Position numbers and translations under genes: made by a program. From contig OZ374562.1 of the NCBI GenBank assembly GCA_977862235.1, forward strand, positions 1,054,001 to 1,118,000: 64,000 bases of DNA, in the 5' to 3' direction. The notes under the pieces are model-generated. The model ran no database searches. It saw nothing but the letters and a program-made list of their open reading frames with translations, and was not told where the DNA came from. Below are positions 36,901 to 47,877 of this stretch, piece after piece; the stretch's first letter is position 1, and each line of letters begins with the position of its first letter. Source of the stretch: Dudresnaya verticillata. Its lineage: Eukaryota.

Positions 36901-38716
36901 TGTGATGCAAGGGGAGGTGAGCCCTTTTTCGCTGAAAGCGGGCATGCCAAATACGTCGACCGACGGAGAAACCGCCACCGGCGCTCACCACCGCCGTTGG
37001 AGCGCGAACACGTCATCGACGGCTCACTGGGGCGCGCGCGCACACTGCGCGCCGCGCGCCACGCGGGCACTGTACGGTGATGGGCCGACATGGCGCCCCG
37101 CGGCACTGTAACACGGATCCAGATGGGATCCGGATCCGGTATCCAGATTGGCTATCCAGATCGCCTAAGCTGTAAGATACGCGTCTGTAAGGCTGCGGGT
37201 GTTCGCATTGCTGGCCCGATCCGGACGGGATCGGGATCGGACAAGTAGCGGATTAGATCCAAGGCGCACGCTCTACAGTACGCGCGCGCGCACGGCAGTA
37301 AGGCACACGCGTCCACGTGTGTGTGTAAGCACCCACACAGGGGGTTGCACGGCAACCTGTCAGGCGCGCGGCTGCATGCAACGGGTGATCTGTCGGACGC
37401 GCCTCGGGACGACACGTGTCCTGAGTTCCCGCGCTATTCGCACGCACCGCCGCCGCACCGCCGTACTATACTTAGGTAAGCCGTCCCAGACGTAACAGTA
37501 AACGCCCGGGCAAGCCGGCCTTGGTCCAGACTTCCCCTTTCCGCACGCGCGTATCCTACCGCTGCCTACGGCTCAAGCGTCTACCTCCCGTGCTTCCACG
37601 TCTATCATCGTCCTTGAAATGTTCCCTTTCTGTTTCCTTTTCCCTTCCTTTCCGCCTCGGGCGTTTACAGTCCGCCCAAGGCGTGTCCTCTGCTCTACCA
37701 CAAGCCGCCCAAGGCGAGGCTGTAGTGCAAACGTCGTTGACGGAACACCGCCGAGCAGTTCGGGGCTCGGTGGGTAGCGACGCCCGTGGCGATGAGTAGT
37801 CCCGCCTTGGGCGACTTGTGGTAGAGCAGTTGACTCGCCTTGGGCGGGCTGTAAACGCCCGAGGCGGATAGGAAGAACCAAAGAGAACAAAAAGGGAACA
37901 CGTCAAGGACGGGTAGAGACGTGGAAGCACGGGAGGTAGACGCTTAGCCGTAGGCAGCGGTAGGGTACGCGCGTGCTGAACGGGGAAGTCTGGACTAAGG
38001 CTGGCTTGCCGGGGTTTACTGTGACGTCTGAGACGGATCAACTAAGTATAGAATTACCTAGCGGCGGCGACGCGTGTGTACGCGTCACGCGGGAACTCGG
38101 GACACGTGTTGTCCCGAGGCGCGTCTGACAGATCCGTCCGTCATGCAGCCGCGCTCCTGACAGATCACGCGTAGCTTCCCCGCTCGGGTCCTTACACCTA
38201 CACGTGTATTACTTCCTTACAGCCGTATGTGCCCCATGGTGCGTGCGATCTCGATCCGCACTAATCCCGATCCAGTCCGGATTCGGGCCAGCCATGCGGA
38301 TGCGCCAGGCTTACAGGCGCGTGCCTTACACGTCTCGATCCCGATGTGGGGTCCCGATGTGGGATCCCGATTGGATCCGGATTCGGGCCACGCTTACAGC
38401 GAACGTTCCCGCCACTGCGCCATGCGCGCACGCGTGGCGCCGTACAGTGTCCCATGTTCAGGCGTGCGGTCTGCACGCCAAACGAGCCGTTCTGGCCCAC
38501 GTGGCCAGCGGCATACGTCGCTGACGTGTTTGCGCCGCGGGCGGGTTGAGCGCGCCGTTGGCGGTCGTCCGTCGATAGACGAAGGATATCAACCCGCTTG
38601 AAAGCGAAAAAGGGGGGCCCTTCTGGCACTACAGAGGCTACTCACCGCCAAGGGCGCAGCTACCCACTGAGCCCCGAACTGCTCGGCGGTCTACCGTCAC
38701 AGACGTTTGCATTACA
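36901..38716 (+). repeat. Solo LTR family G inside the 3' LTR of C (split: 36901-37720 and 38639-38716)
   Basis: TSD CTGCT/CTGCA at 36896-36900 and 38717-38721. Ends TGTGATGCAA/TTGCATTACA. Absent from the 5' LTR of C. Confidence 0.9.
37721..38633 (-). repeat. Second family-G solo LTR inserted inverted in the first
   Basis: TSD GAGGC at 37716-37720 and 38634-38638. Ends TGTAGTGC/GCACTACA. Reverse-complement similarity to the host LTR. Confidence 0.9.
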
Positions 38717-40738
38717 CTGCAGGCACCAAAAAGTGATGGCAAATTGCCATGGGGTAATTTATTGTGGCCGCTCACGCGTCCCGACACGGTACTACCACTA
38801 ATCCGTATTTATAACTGACAACCGTATGATTAGATTAATAATTACAGCTAGAATAGCTTAGCATAGCTCCTAGGAGGTAAGAGCATTTTCGGCTCTGTAT
38901 AGCTCTGTATGCTTACTAGGCCCCTGGGTAGCAGGGGCCTCCTGAATAGAACCTACGGTGGGTTTCGGGTCTTTACCCTTTTTCTGGAATTCACGGACTC
39001 ACCGTAACCTCCCTTTCAGGTGCTTTACGAGCCTTGCCCCCACTCGACGGTTGCTCTGTGCGAGCTGGGTGACGCCGCCCCTTTTCCCCCTTTTGCCTTA
39101 GGCTCATTGCCTCTCAAAGTCTCTACCAACCCCTTTTCCCGAGCTACGTAAGCTAGTGTGTTGTGCACCGTCAGGACAGCTGTCCTTGCCGGTTGGCGGG
39201 ATTCTGCCTTGACGGGCCATACTACTACATGTGGTGTGGTATAACGAAGTCCACGGAGACGCGGGGAAGTCTCGCACTGTAAGAAATGGCCTCGGAGCCT
39301 AACGAATGGCCTCGTAGCCTAACGGAGAAACGAAAAGGGGTGGTAGCGTGGTAGAGCGGAGCGACCAACACGAAGGACCACGGTGTCAACGTATTCGAGT
39401 GCGGAAGGGAGAATTCGCGCGATCGATCACCGGAGATGACTCCGGGTGTGCGGGGCTATCGAAAGCGAAGCTCGACCGTATCCGCGGTCACGAAGACGAA
39501 GACACCGAACGCGAAGAAAGAAGCGTTTACCGAAGACTGCGAGGTCCGGGCGCTAGTCGCTTATCGGGAACCCTCGGAGGTTGTGCCAGACGACTGGCTA
39601 GTAAGTAGTACTACGTGAGCACGAATGCGCGTCAACGCGGGAGACGGTTCGTACTCGAATGATTCGTAACGGCCTCGGTGCCAACGAACGGTCGCCTCAC
39701 GTATGGTGGCGGTTGCGAAGTGTGCCAGCGATGCATACGGAGGCGCGCGTGTCTCGTGGGCTCCGGTGCCTTTACGCGCGGGAAACAACGGGAAAGTCAC
39801 GAAGGTGTCAGCGATTTCGTATCGGGTGCGCGCTGTAATGCGAATGCCATCGTGGCGCGCGCGATCACGAAGTCGGATCGGGATTCATCCGGAGGTGTCA
39901 GCGATTTCGTATCACGTGCGTGCTGTAATGCGTATGCCATCGTGGCGCGCGCGCGGTATGCGCTCTGTAATACGTGTGCCATCGTGGCGTGCGCATTCAC
40001 GAAGTCAGTTTGAAATTCGTATTTCTCGGTTATTTTCACGTAGATCACGGAGTCAATTCACGAATAGCGTCTATACCACACGGCCCCCCCTCAAGAGCGA
40101 ACGTCCCGGTCGCGGGTTACAAATTACGAAATGGCGTGGCCCGGTTTCCCTCGGTGGAGCGCGGGTGGAGCCATCCGAGTGGCGGCGCGGAGATTGCCTC
40201 GAGCTCAGGTTTTCGGGCAGCGGTGCCTCAGGGCTTACGAATTTGAATTCGGATCACGTGTGCGATGGCGCCTTCGTATTGGCTAATCACGAAGATATTT
40301 TTTGCGTACGTAGAACGGGTTAGGGCTGCGGCGCCGTCCGTCGACGCGTGCGCGCGCGGATCACGGAGACGGGTCGCGAGCCGCGGGGGTTATTTCAACT
40401 TCGTGTTGCGCTGGGTCCGAGCCCCTTGCTTCTCCGGTCATCGCGCACACGCACAACTCGCTTCAGCTCCTTGGCTTTCGGTCTTCGCGGTCCGTTTGCT
40501 TCTTCTTGTGCGCTGGTGCGTCCTTTCGCGTCTCTTCGCGCATCGTTCGCTCCGCTCCGTGGCGGTCGTGTTGTTGCTTCGTTGGCCTCGGTGGTTTGCG
40601 GTGGTCGGTTGCGGGTCGTGGGTCTCGGTGTTAGGGCAAGTGCGGCTGGTCCTCCGTGGATTTCGTGAGGGCCTCGTCGAGATTCGCGTTCGTTCCTCCG
40701 TGGGTTGCTGTGTTTTTCGTGACGAGCTTCGCGTAACG

Positions 40739-42762
40739 ATGTCGGACACGGGCCACGAAGAGGGAACCGGGTCCCAGGAAAACGTGCGGAGGGCGTTCGT
40801 CGCCGCCTCGATGGCGAGTTCGCGGCTGCTACGGCGGGTCAGTTGGCTCCGAAGCCTTCGGGTCCTTCTTCGGATGTTGCGGGCCCTTCGCGTGGTGACT
40901 CCGAATACGTACCGCGGACTCTCGCGATTCCACACGTTGTGGATATCGGGGCCTCGGAGTCAGCGGGGATCACGGATCGCGATAGTCCTTTCGTAAGTTC
41001 GGGCGGCTCGAATCCGCAATTCGTGAATCGGGGTTGGCAGCCGAGTGCTTCGTTGGGTCCTCCGAAATTCGGGACAAAAGATGAGAGTGCTCCGAGGCTT
41101 CCGTCTGCGCAGCTGCACTTCGCGTGGGGCGAGTTCGCGGTCTCCGGAGTTACTCACGAAGAGGTTGCTGCCTACGATGGCCGTGTTCGTCCGGATCTTG
41201 CTCGCTTTCGTGCACTGTGCGAGGGTCGTGATGATAACGGAGCTGGCGGATTTCACGTATTCTGGCCCCGTGGCCGCGTGTATCCGACTCCGATGGGTCT
41301 TCCGTGCGACGTCTCCTACGTGACCACGGTTGACGAGGTTGCTTACGTAGATGCGTGCGCGCACGTGCTCCTGGCACCGGGTGCGGGTATCTCCGTGGAC
41401 TCTCCGGTGGTTGCGATTACTCGCTTTCGTGATTATCCGGAGTTCGAGTCCGCCGCGGGAAACGTATGGCGTCACATAGACTCGATTTCGCGCATCCTCG
41501 GAGTGCACATCGGTGCTGGAGACTGGGCGCTATTCCGTGGCGCGGGCTCGATGCCTGATCGCGTGGATACGAATTCGCGTCTCGATGACCGCGTGCCTCT
41601 GAGCATGTTTGCGAGTTCGTTCTGGCTCGATGCTTCGTGTATTCGGGCCCCCGCGGGCTTAGTCGTGCCACCTCCGAGGGTGATTCGATATTTCGGGCTC
41701 GTGGTCGACCTGTTCGCGGAACCTTCGAAGAAGTGCTTCGTGCGTTTCCTGGATTCCGAATATCGCTTCGAGCTTGGTCGCGCGTTGATTTCGGATGTCA
41801 CGCAGCTTCAATACGTATGGGTGCTCGATGCTTCGTTGCGTAGTTTCGTTCGTGATCGTTGGTCGAAGTCGTTCTCCGAGGATGGCGGGTATCCGGATCT
41901 TTCGCTCCGGGGCTCGGATCGCGCGATGCCGTTCACGAAGATACTCGCGATTGCCATCGAGGCTGCGGATCGGAGGGAGCTGCAGTCGACGCGCCGCGAT
42001 TTTCCGACGGGACAGTGGTCCCAAGTGGTCGGACACGACGTGGGCTCCGGGGCCTGGTTCTATTGGCGCCACAACCGTCCGTCACGAGGAGGGCGCGGTC
42101 CGCGAGTTGATCCGTTTTCGCATCCCAGTGCCGCGGTTCGTGCCATCGGAGGCGAGGTTGTTCCGTTGCCGCGCGTTCCTCGTTCTGTAGCTCCATTTCC
42201 TTCGTCGTCGCTGACTCCGAGGTCATCTCTTGGCACCGGGGCTGTCGCGTTGGTGCCGAGCGCTTCGGGGTCTTTGATCGCGAGTCTCGAGATGCGCTGT
42301 CCTACGGATATTCGCAGTCTCGACTCCGTGAGCGATGCGTGTCGCGAAGCGGGCATCTCCCCCGATGGGACTCTTCGACAACTTCTGGACGATCTCGGCG
42401 TAAGTTGCCTTCGCGCGGTTACGGAGGTCAGTCGCCTTCGTAGGCAGCTTCGTGATCGGGATGCGGAGATAGCGGACCTTCGTCATCGTATTCGCGACCT
42501 CGAGTTGAGCGGTAAGCGTCGGCGCGAAGATTACGGTTACCCGAGTTACGATGCTCCGCGTTACGGGTCTGGCTCCGGAGGCCCTTCGGGCTTCGGACCC
42601 AGCGGTGGCGACGGTTACGATGGTCACCGCGGACAATCGCAGACATCGGATCCATATGCGCCGAACTTTCTTCGCGTGACTAGAGATGAGAACGGAAACG
42701 GTCCTCGTGATAATCCGCCTTACGACTCGCAAACCCGTATGGTCGCTCGTAATTGTACGTAG
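40739..42762 (+). CDS. Antisense accessory ORF of element D (639-codon open frame from 40843; nearest ATG 40739 needs a -1 shift)
   Basis: Long open frame opposite to gag-pol. C-terminal coiled-coil-like EVSRLRRQLRDRDAEIADLRHRIRDLE, basic KRRRE and a G/Y/P tail. Homologous to 108-2004. Confidence 0.78.
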
Positions 42763-43978
42763 TATTAGCACCGAGGCTTTCTCTTTTAGCTTCGTAGCTG
42801 CGTGGTTTCTCGTTTTCGGTATCGAGCTCCTTGTTCTCGGAGCTCACGGTGGCGGGGTCTCGGTCTCGTGGTATCGTCTCGAGTAAACGTTTTTCTTGCC
42901 CGACTCTTCTTTGCCTCGTAGTGATAGTCACGTAGTTGTTAGCATCGTAGCGTTTAACTTCGTAGCTTCTCGTAAACGAGCTTCGTGCTCAAGTGTGCGA
43001 ATCGGGAGCTTGTTCGTGGCGCGGCTTCGTTTTTCGCGACTCCGTGGTCTACGTGATGCGTGTTTCCTTCGCGGAGTTGAGTCATCGAGACTTCGTGAAG
43101 TATGCGTGCACGGCCCCCTCCTCAAGACGAAGGCGTCCGCGCCGACGTGCTTGGGGGGGGGTGGATTCCGCATGCGCGCTCCTCGGAGAGCTTTGCGGGC
43201 GGGCCGGATGCGGACTGGGGCGCCAAGGCCATGCGAGAGACTCCTTGGTCGTTGCGAAGGTGCGTCGGACTAGGTGAGCTCTGTGTCGCAAGTGAGGCGC
43301 AGGTTGCGAAGTCGAAGTGCGCGTGGCGGGTGGCATCGGCCTCGAAGTGTGACGTCAGGCGCGTATGACACGTTACGGATAGGGCACCGTGTCCGTCCGT
43401 CGCGGTGTCAGCCCCTGTAATGCGAGTGCCGCGGTGCAACCGGGTGCGCGGTGCGCGCGGTGCGCCTTTGCGGATTTCACGAGGGGTGTTGAGTTGGGGC
43501 GGGGGTGGTCGACACCGCCCGACAGCGTGGAGTGCAACTTCGTGGGGGCAAGGGCTTCGTGATCGCGTATCGTTGATGCGGTGGCGTGTCGTCTCCAAGG
43601 ACCTCGGTGTCGTGCGGCGCGCGGTCGAGGAGTGGCGCGGCGGGTTGCCGCCGAAGGTTGCGTTGGCGTGCGTCGCGTGACATCGAAAGTGCGCAGCTGC
43701 GGTAGCGTCATGTGCGAGATGGCGGCCATCTGCTCCGAGGCATGCGTGTGTGTCGGGGCTGTGGTCGTGCGCGACGAAGGCGCGTCGTGAAATACGAAGT
43801 CGAGGATCATGAAGTTGGGCCGCGAGGTGCGCCGAGCGGCACTGGGCGATCGGATGCTCCGAGGCAATCGAAATGAGCAGCTACGTAGTGAGCACGTGGC
43901 TGGCGAGAGCGGGGTGTGGCTCCGGGGCCTTTCGAGTGGTGAGCACAGTGCGACACGCAATCCGGGTGAGCGGGAGCG

Positions 43979-46900
43979 TTAATCGTGCGACGAATTGCGG
44001 AGCACGAAGTCGGGGCCACGGAACCACTCGGGGTCCCAGTCGGAGAGCCATTCGTGGGCGAGTAGCACGGGATCACGCGGGTCCGCTTGGCTTCGAAGCC
44101 GTGCGAAGTAGCGCGAAACGAGTTCTTCGGGCACGTGCGTACGAGGTTCCCACGTAGGCGTCGCGTAGCCGTCCCACTTGATACGAAACACGAATTTTCC
44201 GGCGTCGTCGGTCGAGTGATCGAGGATGCGATCGACAACGTATTCGGGGCCTTCGGTGACCTTTTCCGCAATGTCTTCGGGTCGCGTAATCGACGGTCGC
44301 GAATTCGTAGGTGGTGGCGCGTAGATGCAGCGGTCCGCGGAGACGCGTTCAACGAGGCCCTTGCGATCGATTACGAGTGTTCGCGTGTCGTTGAAGAGCA
44401 CTTTGTCGGCCCTTCCGCGGGGGTTCTAACTTCGGAAGTTTCGTTTTCCCATCGTGGGTATCGAGGTACACGTAGTCTCCGGGTTTGACGCGGCTCTTCG
44501 TGTGGCGGATGCGCTTATCGAAGTCGCGTTTGTAACGATTTTGAACTCGCTGTAACGAAGTGCGTGCGGAATCGATGGCGAAGTCGAGTCGCTTAACGAA
44601 ATCGTTGCGAAGATCCTCCGTGGGTTTTGGTCGATGCTTTCGGGAGCGATGTTTCACGGTGAACTCGGGCGGCGGTCGCGATAAAACGAGATTGAACGGA
44701 GTTGTCTTCGTAGACCGATGAACGTGTTAATTGTACGAATACGTTAACGCGGAGGCATAGCGGTCCCAATCGTTTTGGTGGTCGTTCACGTAGTTACGAA
44801 GCATCGCGAGGATAGTGCGGTTATAGCGTTCGGTTTTCCGATTCGTTTGCGGATGATACGCGGAAGTGATTACGTTCGATAATCCGAGTAAGCGACAGAC
44901 GCCCTGAAAGAACTTCGATGTAAACTGTTTCCCGTTATCCGAGAGCACCGAGGCTGGCGGTCCATACTTGAATATCCAAACTTCGCAAAAGGCAACGGCT
45001 ACGTGATACGCGGTTATTACTCGTAGTGTGGCCACCTGGGTCAACTTCGTAAAGCGATCCGTAATCACGAGGATGAACTTACGTCCGGATTTCGTTCGTG
45101 GCAACGGGCCTAAGATGTCAATCGCGACCGATTCGAGTGGGCGCGTAGCGGGGAAGAGCTTCAAGCGATGAAGATTCCTTCGGAGACGGATTCGATTCCT
45201 TGCGCAATGTTTGCAGTTACGAACCGTGGATGCGATATCGGCGGCCATGTAAGGCCAGTAATACGTTTCACGAAGCGAGTAGAACATGTGATTTTGCCCC
45301 GGGTGGCCTGCGAGTAACGAATGATGCGCCAGCGTGAGCAAGCGAGGTCGGAGCGTCTCGGGCAATACGATTTGCGTGAGCTTCGGAATCGTTGGGTGCG
45401 TTCGTCGCAGGAGACCGTCTCCATCTTCGTGAAAGAGACTATCCTTTGTTTTCGATTGTCGTGATTGCACCGGTTGGCAGAACGAATCAATACGTTGTCC
45501 TTCGAGGATTTCGGTTACCGTAATCGGCGCAGGTAGGTCCACGGGTTTCATGTCGGTGAGGTCACTCGGTTCTTCGTTGGGGTCAATTCGATAAAGGTCA
45601 AACGGATCATCGTCATCGATATCGTCCCATAAGTCGCAGTCATCGAAGACATCCGTTTGCCCTGCGTATTCATCACGTAGTTCTGCGTCGTGTTCGTGTT
45701 CGCAGCCTTCGTGGCACGTATGAGTGTGGGGTTCGGAACCCGTGGGGACCTCCGTGGGTCGTGGCGTAGTGCCTGCTCGATGGACGCGTTTCGCGGGTGT
45801 AGTCTTTCGCGTAGAGTCGTGGCGAATCGCGGTGGGCTTCGATTGACGTTTGCGGGATCGCGTAGTAATGAGAACCGGGTCTCTTTCGTTTTCGATGGTT
45901 TTCGTGATGTCGTTGCGGAAAAGTTCTTCGTTCTTCGCTGTGATTTGATCCGAGTCAAACGTAGGAACTTCGTCGTCGATTGCGGGTTGTTCGCGATGCG
46001 GAAGTAGTAATCGCGAGAGGGCATCGGGAATCTGGTGGACGCGACCGGGGCGATACACGATTTCGAAGTCGAATTCGGCTAAGCGAAGCCTCCATCGCGT
46101 GAGTCGCCCGGACGAATCGGTGAGAGAAAGAAGCCATCGGAGCGCATCGTGGTCCGTACGCACGGTGAACCGGGTCCCTTCGATATACGGACGCAACGAA
46201 GTAACCGCCCATACGACTGCGTAGCATTGGCGCTCGGTTGCGGAGTAGTTCTTCTCGGCATCGTTTAACGAATACGACCAGTAGCCCACGGGTTGGAATG
46301 CTTCGTTATATTGCTCCTGTAGCAACGCGCATCCGAGTTGATACGCAGACGCGTCCGTATCGATAATGTAACGTTTCCCGAGTTGCGGTAACCGGAGTAT
46401 CGGCGGTGACACGAGCTTCCGTTTGAGCGTTTCGAATGCGGTAACCTGATCCTCCGTGGGGTTCTCGTAGTCGGGATCCGCGTCCTTTCGCGTCGTGTTC
46501 GTCAACGGTCGCGCAATTTTCGCGAAGTCTTTCACGAATCTTCGGTATACGTTACACGCGCCGAGGAACGAACGGACTTGCGTGAGTGTCTTCGGGAACT
46601 TCGCGTATCGGAATGCTTCGGAGCTATTCTCGGCCATACTCAGCTTCCCCGGGGAAATTACGTGTCCGAGATAGTCGACTCGCTTTCGGAAAAGGAAGCA
46701 CTTCTTCATCTTGAGCGAAACTCCGGAGTTACGAAGTAGCGTGAGAACTTGATCGAGATGCGCGATGTGTTCACGAAGATTCGCGGAGAAAACGATCACG
46801 TTATCAAGGTTAATGAGACAGCACTGCCAACGGACTCCGGATAGAATGATGTCGAGTGCGCGTTGAAACGTAGCGGGCGCGTTTTTCAATCCGAAAGGCA

Positions 46901-47738
46901 TACGAAGATAACGATAAGTTCCGAGAAACGAAGTAAACGTAGTCTTATCGCGGTCTTCCGGGGAAACCGGAATCTGCCAGTACCCGCTGTTACAATCGAG
47001 TGTCGAGAAAATCGAAGCGTCTCCGAGTGAATCGATACAATCTTCCATCCGGGGAAGTGGGTACGCGTCGGATAGCGTCTTCGTGTTGAGTCTTCGGTAA
47101 TCTACGCAAAAACGAAGTGTTCCGTCTTTCTTCGGTGCGAGGACTACGGGGAACGCCCACTCCGAGGTGGCTGGTTCGCTTACTCCGGCTTCGAGCATAC
47201 TGTCGATTTCGTTACGCACGATTTCACGTATTGCGGGCCCTTGACGATAGGGCATCGAACGGATAGGTCGAGTACCGGTTTGTAGATCGATCCGATGCTC
47301 CGTGGCTGCGATCGTTCCGAGGTCTCCGTTCCACATCGATTCGTGCTTACGTAACATCTCGAGGACCTCGTTTCGCATAGTTTCATAGGGTATGTTCGAA
47401 AGGTCTATGCGTTCTTCCCAATCGCGGGAACTCGAATTGGCGTCTGCTGCTGCAGTCGCGGCGCCCTTCGTGAGCGGTTTTTCCTTCGTGGATACGCATT
47501 CTTCGGGTGACTTCGAGTCGTCGTGCTCACGTAGCGTAGAGATGTTGAGCACCTTGGCAAACGAATCCGCGACTTCGCGATCGGGTGTCAGAATCGCGAG
47601 CGGGTTTCGAGCTGCGTATCCGATGACGGTTCCCTTTGGTAGAGCTCGAGGCTTATCCGTGAAGATCGCCATCAACACCGAAAACTCTCGATTCGGACTG
47701 ACTTCGTGTATCCCGTTCGTTAACCATACTCCGTGTCG
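43979..47738 (-). pseudogene. pol: Element D pol 3' part: RT, RNase H, integrase, chromodomain
   Basis: LRFCVDYRRLN. YLDD is mutated to NLDN. IDTDASAYQLG, IDILGP, LSDNGKQF. Stop at 44727, frameshift ~44405. YVVDRILDH...FRIKWDGYATPTWEP. Confidence 0.93.
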
Positions 47739-47877
47739 AAATGTGTGATTTATTTAGAGACGCCTCAGTGTCCTAAGTTGTAGCTACGCTACACTATGTG
47801 GCAAGGGAGTACGTCTTCAACCTTCATGCAAACTCTAAAACATATTCGGTACTACATGCTTCCAATGCGATGATTTG

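Larger units (their letters stand above)
23446..39229 (+). mobile_element. Gypsy element C, full length, chromodomain integrase, antisense accessory ORF
   Basis: 5' LTR 23446-24090. PBS TGGTCTCCCGACCTAGAA 24092-24109. PPT GAGGGGG 36743-36749. 3' LTR 36753-36900 plus 38722-39229. Confidence 0.93.

Noticed and set aside
39349..39366. TGGTAGAGCGGAG as part of a tRNA gene or SINE
   Set aside because: No B-box or cloverleaf follows; treated instead as a tRNA-complementary U5 box.
42770..43970. Several 100-195-aa ORFs in D between the antisense ORF and pol
   Set aside because: Overlapping on both strands in GC-rich, stop-poor sequence; Arg/Ala/Pro-biased, no domain.
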